A stretch of 64,000 nucleotides of DNA from Ignisphaera sp. (GCA_038889075.1 JAWAHS010000005.1:14018-78017), one strand, 5' to 3'; counted from the first letter of the stretch, positions 10,453-22,078 are shown. Made by a program: numbers and translations. The notes: generated by a model from the letters alone, not told the origin.

Positions 10453-11244
10453 TTAATCTATTAGTTCCCCATAGATAACATCTATTTCGTATTTCTTTGC
10501 TTGAGCTAGCGCTTCTTTAACAGAGTGTATCGATACTATAATTTTTCTCTTCGGTTCTTTTCCAATTATTCTCGATGCTATACTGCATTTATGGTTAAAC
10601 CACATAACGTCTTCTACATCGACAAGGCTCTTAACCTCGATAAAGAATATCTCCCTGTTGTGGATGTAGATATCTATCTCTAAGGTATCCCCTTTACCCA
10701 TATACCTACCCTCTGCGTCTACGTAAACAAATTTCTCGACTTTATCAACATCCTCTACACCAAACCAAACAAGAACATCTCTATACAGACTAAGAATAGT
10801 TTTCTCTAAATCAATTCCAACTCTACGTGTTACAGAACCAACAACAACCTCAAGCCTTGCTACACGCTTGGATAGTTCTTCAATCCTTCTAGAGTGATCC
10901 TCTAATACCTTTGAATGCTCTTCAATCCTCCTAGACAGCTCCTCCAACCTCTTCGAATGTTCTTCAATCCTCCTAGACAATTCTTCTAATCTTTTAGAAT
11001 GCTCCTCTAATACCTTTGAATGCTCTTCAATTCTTCTAGACAATTCCTCTATCCTTCTAGAATGTTCCTCAATTCTCTTTGAATGTTCCTGTAGTACTTG
11101 GAATACTTTCTCGAAACCTATCTTCATATAGTCTGCTAAAGTTTTAACGGCATCAGCAACATCTTTGAGTTCCTCAGCTCTAGCCCTCCTAACAGCTCTC
11201 TCAACAACTTCCTCAAGAGCCCTCCAATCAAACGCAAAACCCAA
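10453..11244 (-). CDS. heptad-repeat coiled-coil protein with C-terminal PD-(D/E)XK nuclease-like domain
   Basis: Repeated heptads EEHSKRI / EELSRRI; 'LEIDIY...FIEVKS'. Confidence 0.8.
   Translation of the reverse strand: MGFAFDWRALEEVVERAVRRARAEELKDVADAVKTLADYMKIGFEKVFQVLQEHSKRIEEHSRRIEELSRRIEEHSKVLEEHSKRLEELSRRIEEHSKRLEELSRRIEEHSKVLEDHSRRIEELSKRVARLEVVVGSVTRRVGIDLEKTILSLYRDVLVWFGVEDVDKVEKFVYVDAEGRYMGKGDTLEIDIYIHNREIFFIEVKSLVDVEDVMWFNHKCSIASRIIGKEPKRKIIVSIHSVKEALAQAKKYEIDVIYGELID
10870..11090. repeat. degenerate 21-bp tandem repeat encoding the heptads
   Basis: Recurring tcttcaatcc(t)tctaga / tttgaatgctc units; boundaries approximate. Confidence 0.75.
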
Positions 11245-12192
11245 TAAACTCCACCTATTCTACATACTAAAGTTGAAATTACCATACTTAAGTACTTAAC
11301 GTATATGTATATAACAAAATACTAATAACTATTCCATCTGTCTACAGCCCACCAGCTACTTCTAAATAGAAAATGTCTCAACCCATTAATTAATATCAAC
11401 CCACTTAACCCCTATACTCAGCTCACCATCTCTTCCTTCTATTAACCATATATTTGCTAAGCCTTTACCTCTGCTCCACCTAGCACAAGCTATTCTCTAC
11501 CCGATTTAGATTAGCAACAGTATAGGATTACATCCATGGTCAGGAGAACAGGTACCTATGTACCCGACAGTTATCCGCAGGATACTCAACCCCTTCTATA
11601 AAAAGCAAATATATTAAGAAATTATATTCGTCAAAGCTATTATCATGGATACATAAATCCCTGGTTATCGAAATGCTTAGAACTGTAGACTGTATGGATA
11701 AAGTTAAAATTTCGGCAATAATCACTAGAATACATCTAGACCAACAACACCTAAGCTTAGATGAAATCTATAAACAAAATCCTTATTCTTTTGATGGTCT
11801 TAGCTTAAAACATTATTTGGATAATTGTATGTAGAGATCTTAACATTGATTAACATTTGACAATATTTCAACGTTTTTGTATTCGGATAAAAACTAGAAC
11901 TTATGAATTCTATTTTGTATTATAAAATAGCTATCAGGAGCTAGAGCGTTGTTGGATGTGGTGAGGAGGCTTTATAGGTCCAGAGATGATAGAATTTTAT
12001 GTGGTGTTTGCGGGGATATAGGTTCTTATACGTTAATGCGGATCCTGCTATTGTGAGACTTTCTCTATTTCTACAATTTGTGAAAATCATTGACTTCAGC
12101 AGACGCTCCAGCATTTGCATAGCTGATATCCATTGCATACAATATATTCTCAAAAGAGGTTTTGAGGAGTTGGTGACATTGTATTGTATGGT

Positions 12193-12233
12193 GGGCCCGC
12201 CGGGATTTAAACCCAGGATCTCCGGCTCCGGAG
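12193..12233 (-). repeat. att site: 41-bp copy of the 3' half of tRNA-Arg(CCG)
   Basis: gggcccgccgggatttaaacccaggatctccggctccggag matches 19936-19976 at 38/41 positions; same orientation; match stops at the anticodon loop. Confidence 0.9.
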
Positions 12234-12899
12234 TCCTGAGACTCCCGTAGATATGTTTTAGTAAACTACATAAAACGAAACATAGGTTCATTGTTGAAGA
12301 TACGTTATGACGTTCATTTGTGTAAGCTGAAACATTAAGAGCGGTACGTCGTGTCTGGTTTACAGAAGAATCTCATTGTGGCAAATTGAGAAAGGGTTTA
12401 AGCTAGGCTCTTGATATAGTAACTTTTTCTGTAATGTTCACATGGGCTTGGTTTGCATACATAAAGGAACTATTTAGAGAGAAAAGTCTATCTTATTAAG
12501 AACTAATTTTCTTATTCGTAGACTTCAAGCGCACTAAACCTGGTTAAGAAGTCTACTATGCTTAACTCGGATTTTCTAGCCATTCTATGTTCACTGGTTT
12601 ATTTGGGTCGATGCAGAAAGAGATAAGGAGTCTTGAGCTGGCGACAGTAATAATAGTGTTCATTTGTGTCAGAACCATCTACTAACAATCGTATCACTAA
12701 TGACGAATCCCGACAACTAAGTATTCATGCCTTATTTACCGAGGAGTCTTAACACTACAGCCAATTCATCAGTAGTACGAGAATATTCATCCTTCTCAGA
12801 GTATGTTTTACACAATAGAACTAACATCAATGGCCATACTAGGCATGTACTTGATGATGAGAGCGTAGAAGTTAACTATGAGGAGAAAGTAGAAGTAGT

Positions 12900-13440
12900 G
12901 GTAGAAACCTGTTTTCTTCACAGGTTATGAACATGCCGTCCTCGTCTCTCTAGTAGAGCAAGAAACCTGTTCTTCACACCTAGAGGGTATGGACTAGGAA
13001 GATGATTGCTGGGAGAACTCCATGAATCCGGCTTATCTTCATAGCCATGTTAAAGGCTAGGTGAACCGGGTACGGTGCTTCTTTGTTTTCCTCATGCTCT
13101 CTACGGCTCGCTCCTCTGTACACTCTTATCCTAGATGTTTTTATCCTTGTTCTAACTACGCTGAAGTTCTCTACTAGTAGCTTTTATAGTGCTCCCTCCT
13201 CTCACTCCTACGCCTAGTTATAATGCTTTTCTCACTTATTCTACTGAGTGTGTTACTCAATGTACCTCCGCTTATTTCCCTGCTCACCATGAGCTCGTAG
13301 AAGTCTTTGAGTTGCTTAAAAGTTGCAACATGCTTGTAGACATACCTTAGCAAATACCGTATCAAGTCGTCGGACCCATAGTCAATGAACATCTCTCGTA
13401 GACGTGGTGCTTGACCATCTCCTTCGGTGTTTCTCTTGGC
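12900..13440 (-). pseudogene. disrupted winged-helix DNA-binding protein gene
   Basis: ORF 13174-13392 (ATFKQLKDFYELMVSREISGGTLSNTLSRI) looks like a wHTH; coding-like sequence continues past frameshifts and stops; limits approximate. Confidence 0.4.
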
Positions 13441-14139
13441 TCAAAGAGGGCTACTCACTATAATCGATCCAATGGGAAGTTATATCACATCTGATACGAG
13501 AGGGGTTATAACTGCTAAGCCAGTATACAACAAGCTAGTAGATTACTCAAATTACTGGCGAATACGTGGAGGGATAAGACGTATAGAGCTCTACGAGATA
13601 TGTGTACACCGGTAGCTATAGATTAGCGGCTATCGCGATGTACATTGCATCGATCAGTTAACATCTCCCCATACTATGAGAAACGATTACACCACTATAG
13701 TGGAGATAGGTGAATGCCTCAAAAGAGCGTGTCAAACACAGGTCTTTTGCCTCTCATTAAACCTCTCCACGCATTGCCCTATAATAGATCAAGGCCGTGT
13801 CCTCAAACACCATTCATGGAGTCCGTGAAACCCAGGCTAGTAAAGTACTAGTACCATCTCTCGATCCTCAGATACCACTCCATGTTATCAACTCGGTGAG
13901 AGTTGTTAATACATTCTCGGTATATGAATTAACAAGGGTCTTCGAAAAGAATAGTTCCAAGGGATTTGTTTCGCCTCTGTATTTTCAATAATAATTCCAA
14001 GGTTGATCTAAAGGTTATGTTTCTTAGTGTTTCCTGGGATAATTGTATATCAACTGTGATAACCTATGCCATGTTCTTATCTGTGACAGTATTGTGGAGA
14101 AGAGGCTTGGGGGTAGATCAGGAGAAAAGGTCAATGTGT

Positions 14140-16728
14140 TCACTCTATGTGATATCTGTATTTCTTGTAGAACCAGTGTTTAATGATATCTGTTAGTATG
14201 AGGTAAGTGCTGAGAATAATCAGTAGCACTAGGTAGAAGGTTGCCGGGGGCTTTACGAATCTGAAGATTTTTCCCAATTGTGTATAAGGAAGTATTAGTG
14301 CTGATACTGTTATTGCGATGGTAGTAAAGAGTAGTAATCGACTGGGCCTACTCCTCCAGAAGGGAGACCTCGTGGTTCTAATAACTAAGACTACGAGAGT
14401 CTGTGAAGTTAGGGATTCAATGAACCAGGCAGTTTGAAATAGCGATTCAGAAGCTTTGAATATGTAGAGCATTGTGAAGAAAGTTATGTAATCGAAAAGA
14501 GAGCTAACCGGCCCAAAACACATCATGAATAGTTTAATGAAATGGACATCCAGCTTCCTAGGCTTTTCAACGTATTCCACGTCGACTTCGTCTGTAGGTA
14601 GTACTGACTGAGAAAAATCGTAGAGAAGGTTGTTAAACAATATCTGTATAGGAAGCATCGGAAGAAAAGGTAAGAAAAGCGATGCCGCGGCAACACTAAG
14701 CATGTTTCCAAAGTTTGAGCTTATACCCATCAAAACATATTTCATAACATTACCGAGCGCTTTCCTACCTTCTAAGACTCCATCGTAAAGTACCCTCAGA
14801 TCTTTCTGTAAGAGAATTACGTCAGCAGACTCCTTGGCAACATCAACAGCATCATCAACGGATATACCGATATCAGCGGCTTTTAATGAGGGTGCATCAT
14901 TTATTCCATCGCCTAGGAAACCAACAACATGTCCATTATTTCTCAGAGCATTTACTATTCTCTCTTTCTGAGCTGGTGTAAGCCTACAGAAGACATTAGC
15001 TTCTTCGACAACTCTCGCGAGAACATCGTCAGACGTCTCAGCTATTTCGCTCCCTATAACAACCTTTTTTACGTTGAAGCCTAGGTATTCACATACTTTC
15101 CTAGTTACTAGCTCATTATCGCCCGTAAGGATCTTCACTTCTATACCGGAATTTCTCAGTAGCTTAAGGGCTTCTCTCGCTGTTTCCTTGGGAGGGTCGA
15201 TGAAAGCTAGGAAACCTAAGAACACCATTTCTTTCTCATCATTAACTGTATACGTTGGCTTATCTTCTCTTAAGAGCTTGTACGCTACAGCTAAAACTCT
15301 GTATCCCTCAGCACTAAGTTCAAGATATCTCTTTTCAATATTTTTACGTACTTCATTTGTCATGTTAGATACGATATCTCCACTCTCGTAGAAAGATGAG
15401 ATCTTAATGACTTCTTCTGGGGCCCCCTTGGTGATCAGGAGCCGTTGACCTTTATGCTTAATAACTACGGAGAGCCTTTTACGAACAGAGTCGAAGGGTA
15501 TTTCATCAATTTTCTCATAGTCTTTAACATTCATCTCTTTAAACCTGAGTATGGCTTCATCTAAGGGACTCTTAATCCCTGTTTGGTAGTAGCTATTTAT
15601 GTAGGAATAAAGCAGAACCTTATCGTTCTCTTCGCCATTAATATCTACATATAGCGCGAGCTTTACCCTGTTCTCGGTTAAAGTCCCGGTTTTATCTGTA
15701 CATAAAACATCCATGCTTCCAAGATTTTGTATAGCCGCTAAGCGCTTTACAATCACTTTTTTCTTAGCCATCAACACCGCTCCTTTAGAGAGAGTTACTG
15801 TTACAATCATGGGTAAGAGCTCTGGCGTTAGCCCAACAGCTAAGGCCACAGCGAATAGAAGTGAATCGAGCACTCCCCGCATGTAGAGAGCATTTATGAA
15901 AAACACAATTGTAACTAGTAAAAAAGTTACCTGCATCACCATGTAACCGAATCTCTGAAGCTCCTTCTCGAACTCCGTCTCACCTTTCCTCCTTGCAAGC
16001 CTCTTCGCGATTTTCCCATACTCCGTTGAACTACCTGTCTTCACAACAAGGGCCATCGCTGCCCCACTCACGACGGAAGTACCCATGAAAAGGTAGTTAC
16101 CCCACTTTGTTATCAATGGTTCGTAGGACTTTAGCGGCTGGTCTGTTTTCTCAATGGGAAAAGATTCCCCAGTTAACACGGATTCATCCACGAGCAGATC
16201 TTTCGCACTTATGATTCTAGCGTCCGCAGGCACTATGTCACCTGCTGAGAGAAGTACAATATCTCCTGGAACAATCTCCTCGAGCCTTATCTCCTTCTTG
16301 ACCCCATCTCTCAGGACTGTGGCCTTTGTCGCCACTCTTTGTCTGAGCATTTCAGCCTCTCTTTCAGCCTTATGTTCTTGGTAGAAATCTACGATTATGC
16401 TGAACAATACTATGGTGTATATGATGACCATATCTGTCATGTCTGCGAGAAAGCCAGAAATTAGACCAGCAATAAGGAGGATTACCACTAGCGGGTTTTT
16501 GAAATGAGATAGAAAATCGACTATAATGGTTCTCCTTTTTCTCGTAGGAAGCTCGTTATAGCCAAAAAGCTCGAGACGTCTTTTCACCTCCTCAGAGGTA
16601 AGCCCATTTAACGATGACTTCAAACGTAAAAGAAGCTTTTCAACGGGTAAAGTTAGTATTTCCTCAGTACTTGGTAGAACCTGATCTGGGTTTTCATCTA
16701 TATCCGAGTTACCCCTATTCTTCATCAA
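14140..16728 (-). CDS. mgtA: Mg2+-transporting P-type ATPase (P3B)
   Basis: TGES, 'AVGLTPELLP', DKTGT, GDGIND, 'SSNFGN', 'NNLLYDFSQ'. Confidence 0.9.
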   Translation of the reverse strand: MMKNRGNSDIDENPDQVLPSTEEILTLPVEKLLLRLKSSLNGLTSEEVKRRLELFGYNELPTRKRRTIIVDFLSHFKNPLVVILLIAGLISGFLADMTDMVIIYTIVLFSIIVDFYQEHKAEREAEMLRQRVATKATVLRDGVKKEIRLEEIVPGDIVLLSAGDIVPADARIISAKDLLVDESVLTGESFPIEKTDQPLKSYEPLITKWGNYLFMGTSVVSGAAMALVVKTGSSTEYGKIAKRLARRKGETEFEKELQRFGYMVMQVTFLLVTIVFFINALYMRGVLDSLLFAVALAVGLTPELLPMIVTVTLSKGAVLMAKKKVIVKRLAAIQNLGSMDVLCTDKTGTLTENRVKLALYVDINGEENDKVLLYSYINSYYQTGIKSPLDEAILRFKEMNVKDYEKIDEIPFDSVRKRLSVVIKHKGQRLLITKGAPEEVIKISSFYESGDIVSNMTNEVRKNIEKRYLELSAEGYRVLAVAYKLLREDKPTYTVNDEKEMVFLGFLAFIDPPKETAREALKLLRNSGIEVKILTGDNELVTRKVCEYLGFNVKKVVIGSEIAETSDDVLARVVEEANVFCRLTPAQKERIVNALRNNGHVVGFLGDGINDAPSLKAADIGISVDDAVDVAKESADVILLQKDLRVLYDGVLEGRKALGNVMKYVLMGISSNFGNMLSVAAASLFLPFLPMLPIQILFNNLLYDFSQSVLPTDEVDVEYVEKPRKLDVHFIKLFMMCFGPVSSLFDYITFFTMLYIFKASESLFQTAWFIESLTSQTLVVLVIRTTRSPFWRSRPSRLLLFTTIAITVSALILPYTQLGKIFRFVKPPATFYLVLLIILSTYLILTDIIKHWFYKKYRYHIE

Positions 16729-17119
16729 TGTCTTCCCACGCGTTAGACACCTCTATTATAACAGCCTACAAGAAAATAAAGTAAAAATTTAAGTGTTTTG
16801 CTTTATCCAAGCCCCTATTCTCCAATCTTTTTGTCCAGTAGGTCCTGTGCTTATTTCAAAAACATTTGACTCCTTTGATGTATAATCAATTCCATTCATA
16901 TTGGGAGAACGGTGAACTGCTCGAAAGGAAGCCTCTTTATGGCGAAAAATCGACTCTGTGTAAACACCACCTAGAGTTCACCTTGTTTAAACTCTTCTGT
17001 AACCTCCTCGACAGTATAAAATTTTACATTTTCCCCTGATGTCGTAGAAGAATAGCTTTTCTACTCCTTTGTAGATAGGGTCTCGAAAGATCGTGCGAAT
17101 AATACGCGTTATGAAAACT

Positions 17120-19477
17120 TCATGTATAGTTAAAGGCTTTGAATACAGCGATTTTAGCTGCATCTGTAACTAGAAATGTAGCTATAATATAGGTTAACGC
17201 TAATGCTATAATATTTAAAGGTAACGCTGGTATTATCATCCCTCTCCATATGAGGATCGTTGCTATTACGCTGTCTACTGTTATAGCTAATAACATGTAC
17301 CTGCCTGGTCTTGAACCCCAAAATGGCCCTGTCTCTCTAAAGTTCACTATGTTCAAAAGCCCTGTGAGGAGGAGTATGTAGAAGATGAAGCTCTGCATCT
17401 GTGGATATGGTAAATTAACGAGTTTTGCTATGTATAGTGCCATAAATAGCTCCACGAGTTTTACGCTGCCAAGAATAGTCGACATCATTGCCAGTTTTCT
17501 CACATTCCATTTCTCTGGTTTTTTACTTGGTTTTACTACGTCAACGCTTATAGATAGCGTTAGGAAGTCGTAGAGAAACAACATTAGTATCATATGAGTA
17601 GGTGTTAGTATTGGAAGCCCGAGAATTAGTGTCGATAATGCTACGAAATACACTATGCTGAATGTCTTAACAATCTTATTGATAGCCCAAACAACTATTT
17701 TCCTATAAGCAGTTCTCCCGAGACTTATAATATCGACGATTACTCTCAATCCAGGAGATAAGAGCACTGCTGAAGCCACTGATTTAGCTACATCTGTAGC
17801 CCCGCTAACAGCTATACCAAGTTCAGCTTTCTTAAGCGCAGGCGCATCATTAACACCATCCCCTGTCATACCAACTACATGCCCTTTCCTCTGCAAGGCT
17901 TCTACAATATCATATTTATCTTCAGGAGTGACTTCTGCGAAAACATCAATATCTTCAATAATCCTGCTCAGCTGATCTTTCGAGATCTCTCTTAAACTTA
18001 CAGCTTTATCACCAATACCAACCTTTCTCGCTATAGCCTTAGCTACGTGTATGTTATCCCCTGTAATCATCTTTGGATTTACATCTAGATCCTTCATGAC
18101 TTTTATAAAGTGCTGAGAGTCTTCACGGGGTTTATCGTAGAGTCCTAGTAAACCAATAATCTTAACATCATTTTGTTGAGTCTCTAATGCGATTGCTAAT
18201 GGCCTAAGACCTTCATCACCAAGTGTTTTTACTACTCTTTCAATACTTTCTTTATCACTGTTGCTTGCTAGTTGAAGAAGTACTTGTGGCGCTCCTTTCA
18301 TAACCCTTAGTTTTCTATCTCCTAACTGAATAATTGCTTCACTTCTCTTTGTTTCCGGCGTGAATGGCCTAAACTCTAGAATTTTAGCGATACTTACATC
18401 AACGCTCATCTCCCTGGCTTTCTGTCTTATAGCGTTATCTATGGGGTCTTTTGTTACTTCTTCGGATACTAGAGTAGCGTATAGAACAACATCTTTCTCG
18501 CTATACTCACTACTTAGTGGTATTACTTTACTTACCACTATTCTGTTCTCAGTTATTGTACCTGTTTTATCTAAGCATATAATGTCCATCATAGAAGCCG
18601 CCTCTACTGCTTCAAGTCTTCTAATAATTATGCCGTTTTTAGCGAGCTCAACACTTCCAAGAGCAAGGGTTATTGTAGTCATAGCTGGTAAAGCTATGGG
18701 TATTGAGGCCAATAGTAGTGTTAGAGTAAAAGGCAGAATATCTAGTACACTAAGCCCTACTAGGATAAGTTTGACTATAACTAGGATTATGAAGAAAGAG
18801 TCTATGAATAGAAGCCACTTGGTTATGCTATTAGTAATCTCCTCTATTAGAAGCCTAGGCTTCGCTATTTGAATTAATTCCACTGTTCTGCCGAAACGTG
18901 TTTTCACACCTGTTGCAGTGATTTTAATTACGGCTTCGCCTCTAACAACAGTGGTTCCAGCGTAAACAGTGTCGTTAACGTTTTTCTCAACCGGTATAGA
19001 TTCCCCGGTTAACGCCGACTCATCGACAACTACAGAGCCTTCCATGATAACACCATCAGCGGGTACTATATCTCCCATGGAGATCTTCACGATATCATCT
19101 GGAACAATGTCTTCAGCGATAACGTCAACCCATTTACCGTCTCTCAAAGCCTTCACAACTACCTTCAACTTCGATTTAAGCATCTCAACGGCTTTACCAG
19201 CCCTATACTCATGGAAAACACCGATAACAGAGTTTACGAGAAGCAGTGAAACCATGATAGCGAAGTCAACGTATTTCCCCAAGATAAAAGAGATCAAAGC
19301 TGCTATTTCTATAGCATATGGCGTTAACCCTGTAAATTTCTTTAAGAAAATCACCACTATGTTCTCTTTCCTCTCAGGTACCTTGTTAGGACCGTAGGTT
19401 TTGAGCCTCACAAGGACCTCTTCACTAGTTAAACCTTTATACATACTTTTCACTACCTTTTCATTGCCGATGTCCAA
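17120..19477 (-). CDS. plasma-membrane H+-efflux P-type ATPase (P3A-like)
   Basis: TGES, 'ASIPIALPA', 'CLDKTGT', KGAP, 'MTGDGVND', TM6 Asp in 'FLYDFLTLSI'; short P3A architecture. Confidence 0.82.
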   Translation of the reverse strand: MDIGNEKVVKSMYKGLTSEEVLVRLKTYGPNKVPERKENIVVIFLKKFTGLTPYAIEIAALISFILGKYVDFAIMVSLLLVNSVIGVFHEYRAGKAVEMLKSKLKVVVKALRDGKWVDVIAEDIVPDDIVKISMGDIVPADGVIMEGSVVVDESALTGESIPVEKNVNDTVYAGTTVVRGEAVIKITATGVKTRFGRTVELIQIAKPRLLIEEITNSITKWLLFIDSFFIILVIVKLILVGLSVLDILPFTLTLLLASIPIALPAMTTITLALGSVELAKNGIIIRRLEAVEAASMMDIICLDKTGTITENRIVVSKVIPLSSEYSEKDVVLYATLVSEEVTKDPIDNAIRQKAREMSVDVSIAKILEFRPFTPETKRSEAIIQLGDRKLRVMKGAPQVLLQLASNSDKESIERVVKTLGDEGLRPLAIALETQQNDVKIIGLLGLYDKPREDSQHFIKVMKDLDVNPKMITGDNIHVAKAIARKVGIGDKAVSLREISKDQLSRIIEDIDVFAEVTPEDKYDIVEALQRKGHVVGMTGDGVNDAPALKKAELGIAVSGATDVAKSVASAVLLSPGLRVIVDIISLGRTAYRKIVVWAINKIVKTFSIVYFVALSTLILGLPILTPTHMILMLFLYDFLTLSISVDVVKPSKKPEKWNVRKLAMMSTILGSVKLVELFMALYIAKLVNLPYPQMQSFIFYILLLTGLLNIVNFRETGPFWGSRPGRYMLLAITVDSVIATILIWRGMIIPALPLNIIALALTYIIATFLVTDAAKIAVFKAFNYT

Positions 19478-19934
19478 GACATATCATTAGTGCACGACTT
19501 TAATAAATGTATTTAAGCACTACATCGATCACCTAGCATGCAATAATACAATAACCCATTGTAAGTACGGAGAGCCAGGATAAAGGAATTAGCTTGTAAA
19601 TAAGGAGCTTCGAGATCATTGAAGACGCTCTTCCCCTAAATCAAGCTATTGGTATGAATAGAGAATCATGGACTTTGGTTTTAACCTAGAAAGATATTCC
19701 CTACGTTTTAGAAAATCTTGTGAGGCTTCGTAGCTAGTAAGATAGCTATCGGAGAGAACAAGAACACGCTTTTACCAGAGCTGTCGGCTTTGATCTACGC
19801 CTTGACAGTGCCCATATAGGTGAATGATGATGCTGGTGCGTTGAAACACAGCAGAGGGCTCCCACGGGTGAGTTTCCGGGTTCGGCGGATCCGGAAACGC
19901 TGGAGCAATCTTTAACCAAGTAGATAAATGTTCA

Positions 19935-20009
19935 CGGGCCCGCCGGGATTTGAACCCGGGACCTCCGGCTCCGGAGGCCGGCGCTCTATCCTAGCTGAGC
20001 TACGGGCCC
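19935..20009 (-). tRNA. tRNA-Arg(CCG), no intron, CCA not encoded
   Basis: GGGCCCG-TAGCTCAGCTAGGATAGAGC-G-CCGGC-CTCCGGA-GCCGG-AGGTC-CCGGG-TTCAAAT-CCCGG-CGGGCCC-G folds as a full cloverleaf. Confidence 0.97.
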
Positions 20010-20909
20010 TTTAAGGGTTAGGTTGCTGTTAGATATAAATACTTTGGCTATTTCCTGGTTTGAAGGTTTGAGCTGTAGCTGAAGTGTTAGAGGTGTTTTG
20101 TATTGTATCATAGAATATGGAATAGATGTGCGGCTGTCTTGGAAGAGTTTATACGAGGCTTCTCTATATCTCCTGAATAGCTCTAGAATACTTTCGGGGG
20201 ACAGTGCTATCCTTCTGTATTTCACAATACATTATAGGGTATAGATATTCAATGAATTGAGATTTGAGTTACCGATTCTACTATCGAGATTCAGACTCGC
20301 CATACTCTGTCTATTGGCGATTGAAATTGGTTGAAGCAGTTTGATTTAGACTATGTACTCTACACTCCACGACTTAGATAGTGCAACACGGCCTTCCCAG
20401 CACATTTTATCAAATAGTAGAATGTAGATATGCACAGTAGTATCTACAAATGTCTTATCATACCTATATGGAGGAGATATCTAAAGAGATTGGACTACAA
20501 AATACTGATAGCTATCGATATGGTATTCAAGTGCTGATGAACAATGCATAGCGCTGGACATGCTAGTGATGCAATTACAATCATTGCTACTATTGCCTGT
20601 TTCAGTATAGCTTAACATTCCAATCCACCACTATCCATATTCACGAATTCTATCTACACACCAACCCCATACCTATATCTTCAATAGAAAATTCGAATCC
20701 GATAGAAGTATCTATTGACCAACCGAATCCCACCCCACTATTACGATATATAGTAGATGAAAAGATTTTTGAAGAACAGCCCACCTCATTTTTCTGTAGA
20801 TCTGTACTCAATTAAAATACAGCTTCTAGCTGTAGAGATTAGGAACTCTACAATACTTACAGCACTCCATATACTCTTGCTCCTGGAGTTCTGTAGGTAG
20901 CTATTGTCA

Positions 20910-21248
20910 CTATTTTAATCTGTACTGTGGTTTGGGAAGATCTAGATGTTCTCTAAATCTAGTGCATATACTACACATATCTAGCTCTAGTCCACTGGCA
21001 ATCTCATCTGTAAGCTCATCGACTATCTTACTTACTCTACCATCTCCTAATACCCTTTCTAGATTGTGTAATCTTCTCCTCCCCTTTATAACATAGTTTA
21101 GTAGTGGTTGTGGTAAACCAACAGCTTTTGCAGCCTGTAGTTGGGAAAAGCTATACCTCTCTATAAGATTCAATGCTATAGCTACCCTTATAGGCGTTGA
21201 ATAGATTTTTATAAATAGTTCACAAAACGATTTCCTAATCATATCCAC
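20910..21248 (-). CDS. archaeal HTH transcriptional regulator (COG2522-like)
   Basis: 'IRVAIALNLIERYSFSQLQAAKAVGLPQPLLNYVIKGRR' HTH; N-terminal Cys and C-terminal CxxC. Confidence 0.7.
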   Translation of the reverse strand: MDMIRKSFCELFIKIYSTPIRVAIALNLIERYSFSQLQAAKAVGLPQPLLNYVIKGRRRLHNLERVLGDGRVSKIVDELTDEIASGLELDMCSICTRFREHLDLPKPQYRLK

Positions 21249-22078
21249 AACCCTAAAAATCTACATTCTAACAATATGTATCTCGAAATACCCACCTCTA
21301 ACAATAACCTCTATACTACCTATACTAAAAAACCTTTACCGTCTCCACAATCACATCTACACACATCTTCGATGATGTTAACACAATCGGTTTACTATTC
21401 TTACCATTCCAGATAATCGTCTAACGGTTTTCACTAAATGCCCTAGACATTCTTTAACTCTTAGATCTAGCTGATGTATACAAAATTCACTAGCAGTCTG
21501 GTTTCAAAGAGATATAGATTCAAGTCTTTTAACAGCTTTTGTATGACATCCAGTATGTAATCGATATTCCCTCGTCTATGACAGTGGACCAATTTAAATA
21601 GTACTTCCGTTGTCTTCCCTCATGCCATCCACCAATAGTTGGCGTTACATGGCCTGGCTCCAAGACTCTACTAGTACATCACTATCGCTAGAAACACTAT
21701 GCTTCATTTGGATCCTTAGTATAGTTATTGAAGGAGATTAGAGTTTTCCACGTATAGAAAAATACTGTGTAGGAGACGGGGAATACATACCTATATCTTA
21801 TAGAAGATGGAGCTGGTATCGGTAAAGACGATCTGCTCAAGCTATATGGATATTGAACTATATGAAGAAGCTAGTAGTGTAGGATCGGTGATAGTTGTGA
21901 TGAAGACTGTAATTGACAATCACAGTCACATATGCTACATACATCTCTACACCAATCCATTATGTGTATTTGAAGTATGGTATTGCCTATTCTATTGATG
22001 TACGGAAGGCTTACCTTAGTTTAGATTTATCTAAAACTTGCGTATTTAAAAACCCTATAGTAATTCCGTAGCTAGTGT

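Larger units (their letters stand above)
12193..19976. mobile_element. decayed island integrated at tRNA-Arg(CCG)
   Basis: Bounded by att direct repeats; contains pseudogene debris and two P-type ATPases; no integrase recognisable. Confidence 0.75.

Noticed and set aside
11300-11940. Possible gene remnants between the coiled-coil gene and the att site
   Set aside because: Short broken frames on both strands with no diagnostic motif.
12193-12233. Second tRNA gene or split-tRNA half
   Set aside because: Only the 3' half is present, with mutations in the T arm; no complementary leader seen; an intact copy lies 7.7 kb away in direct orientation.
11999-12250. ORF containing GPPGFKP as a split SSV-type integrase
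   Set aside because: The motif is just the antisense translation of the att site. The frame stops right after it and no tyrosine-recombinase motifs are visible at either att.
19820-19910. Hammerhead ribozyme (TGATGA...GAAAC)
   Set aside because: The CUGANGA core and stem I/III pairing are not satisfied; kept only as an unassigned structure.
19986-20225. 79-aa ORF running into the tRNA
   Set aside because: Overlaps the tRNA and its promoter region and has no recognisable motifs.
20230-22000. Coding-like fragments on either side of the HTH regulator, one weakly methyltransferase-like
   Set aside because: Many stops and frameshifts; no family can be supported by eye.
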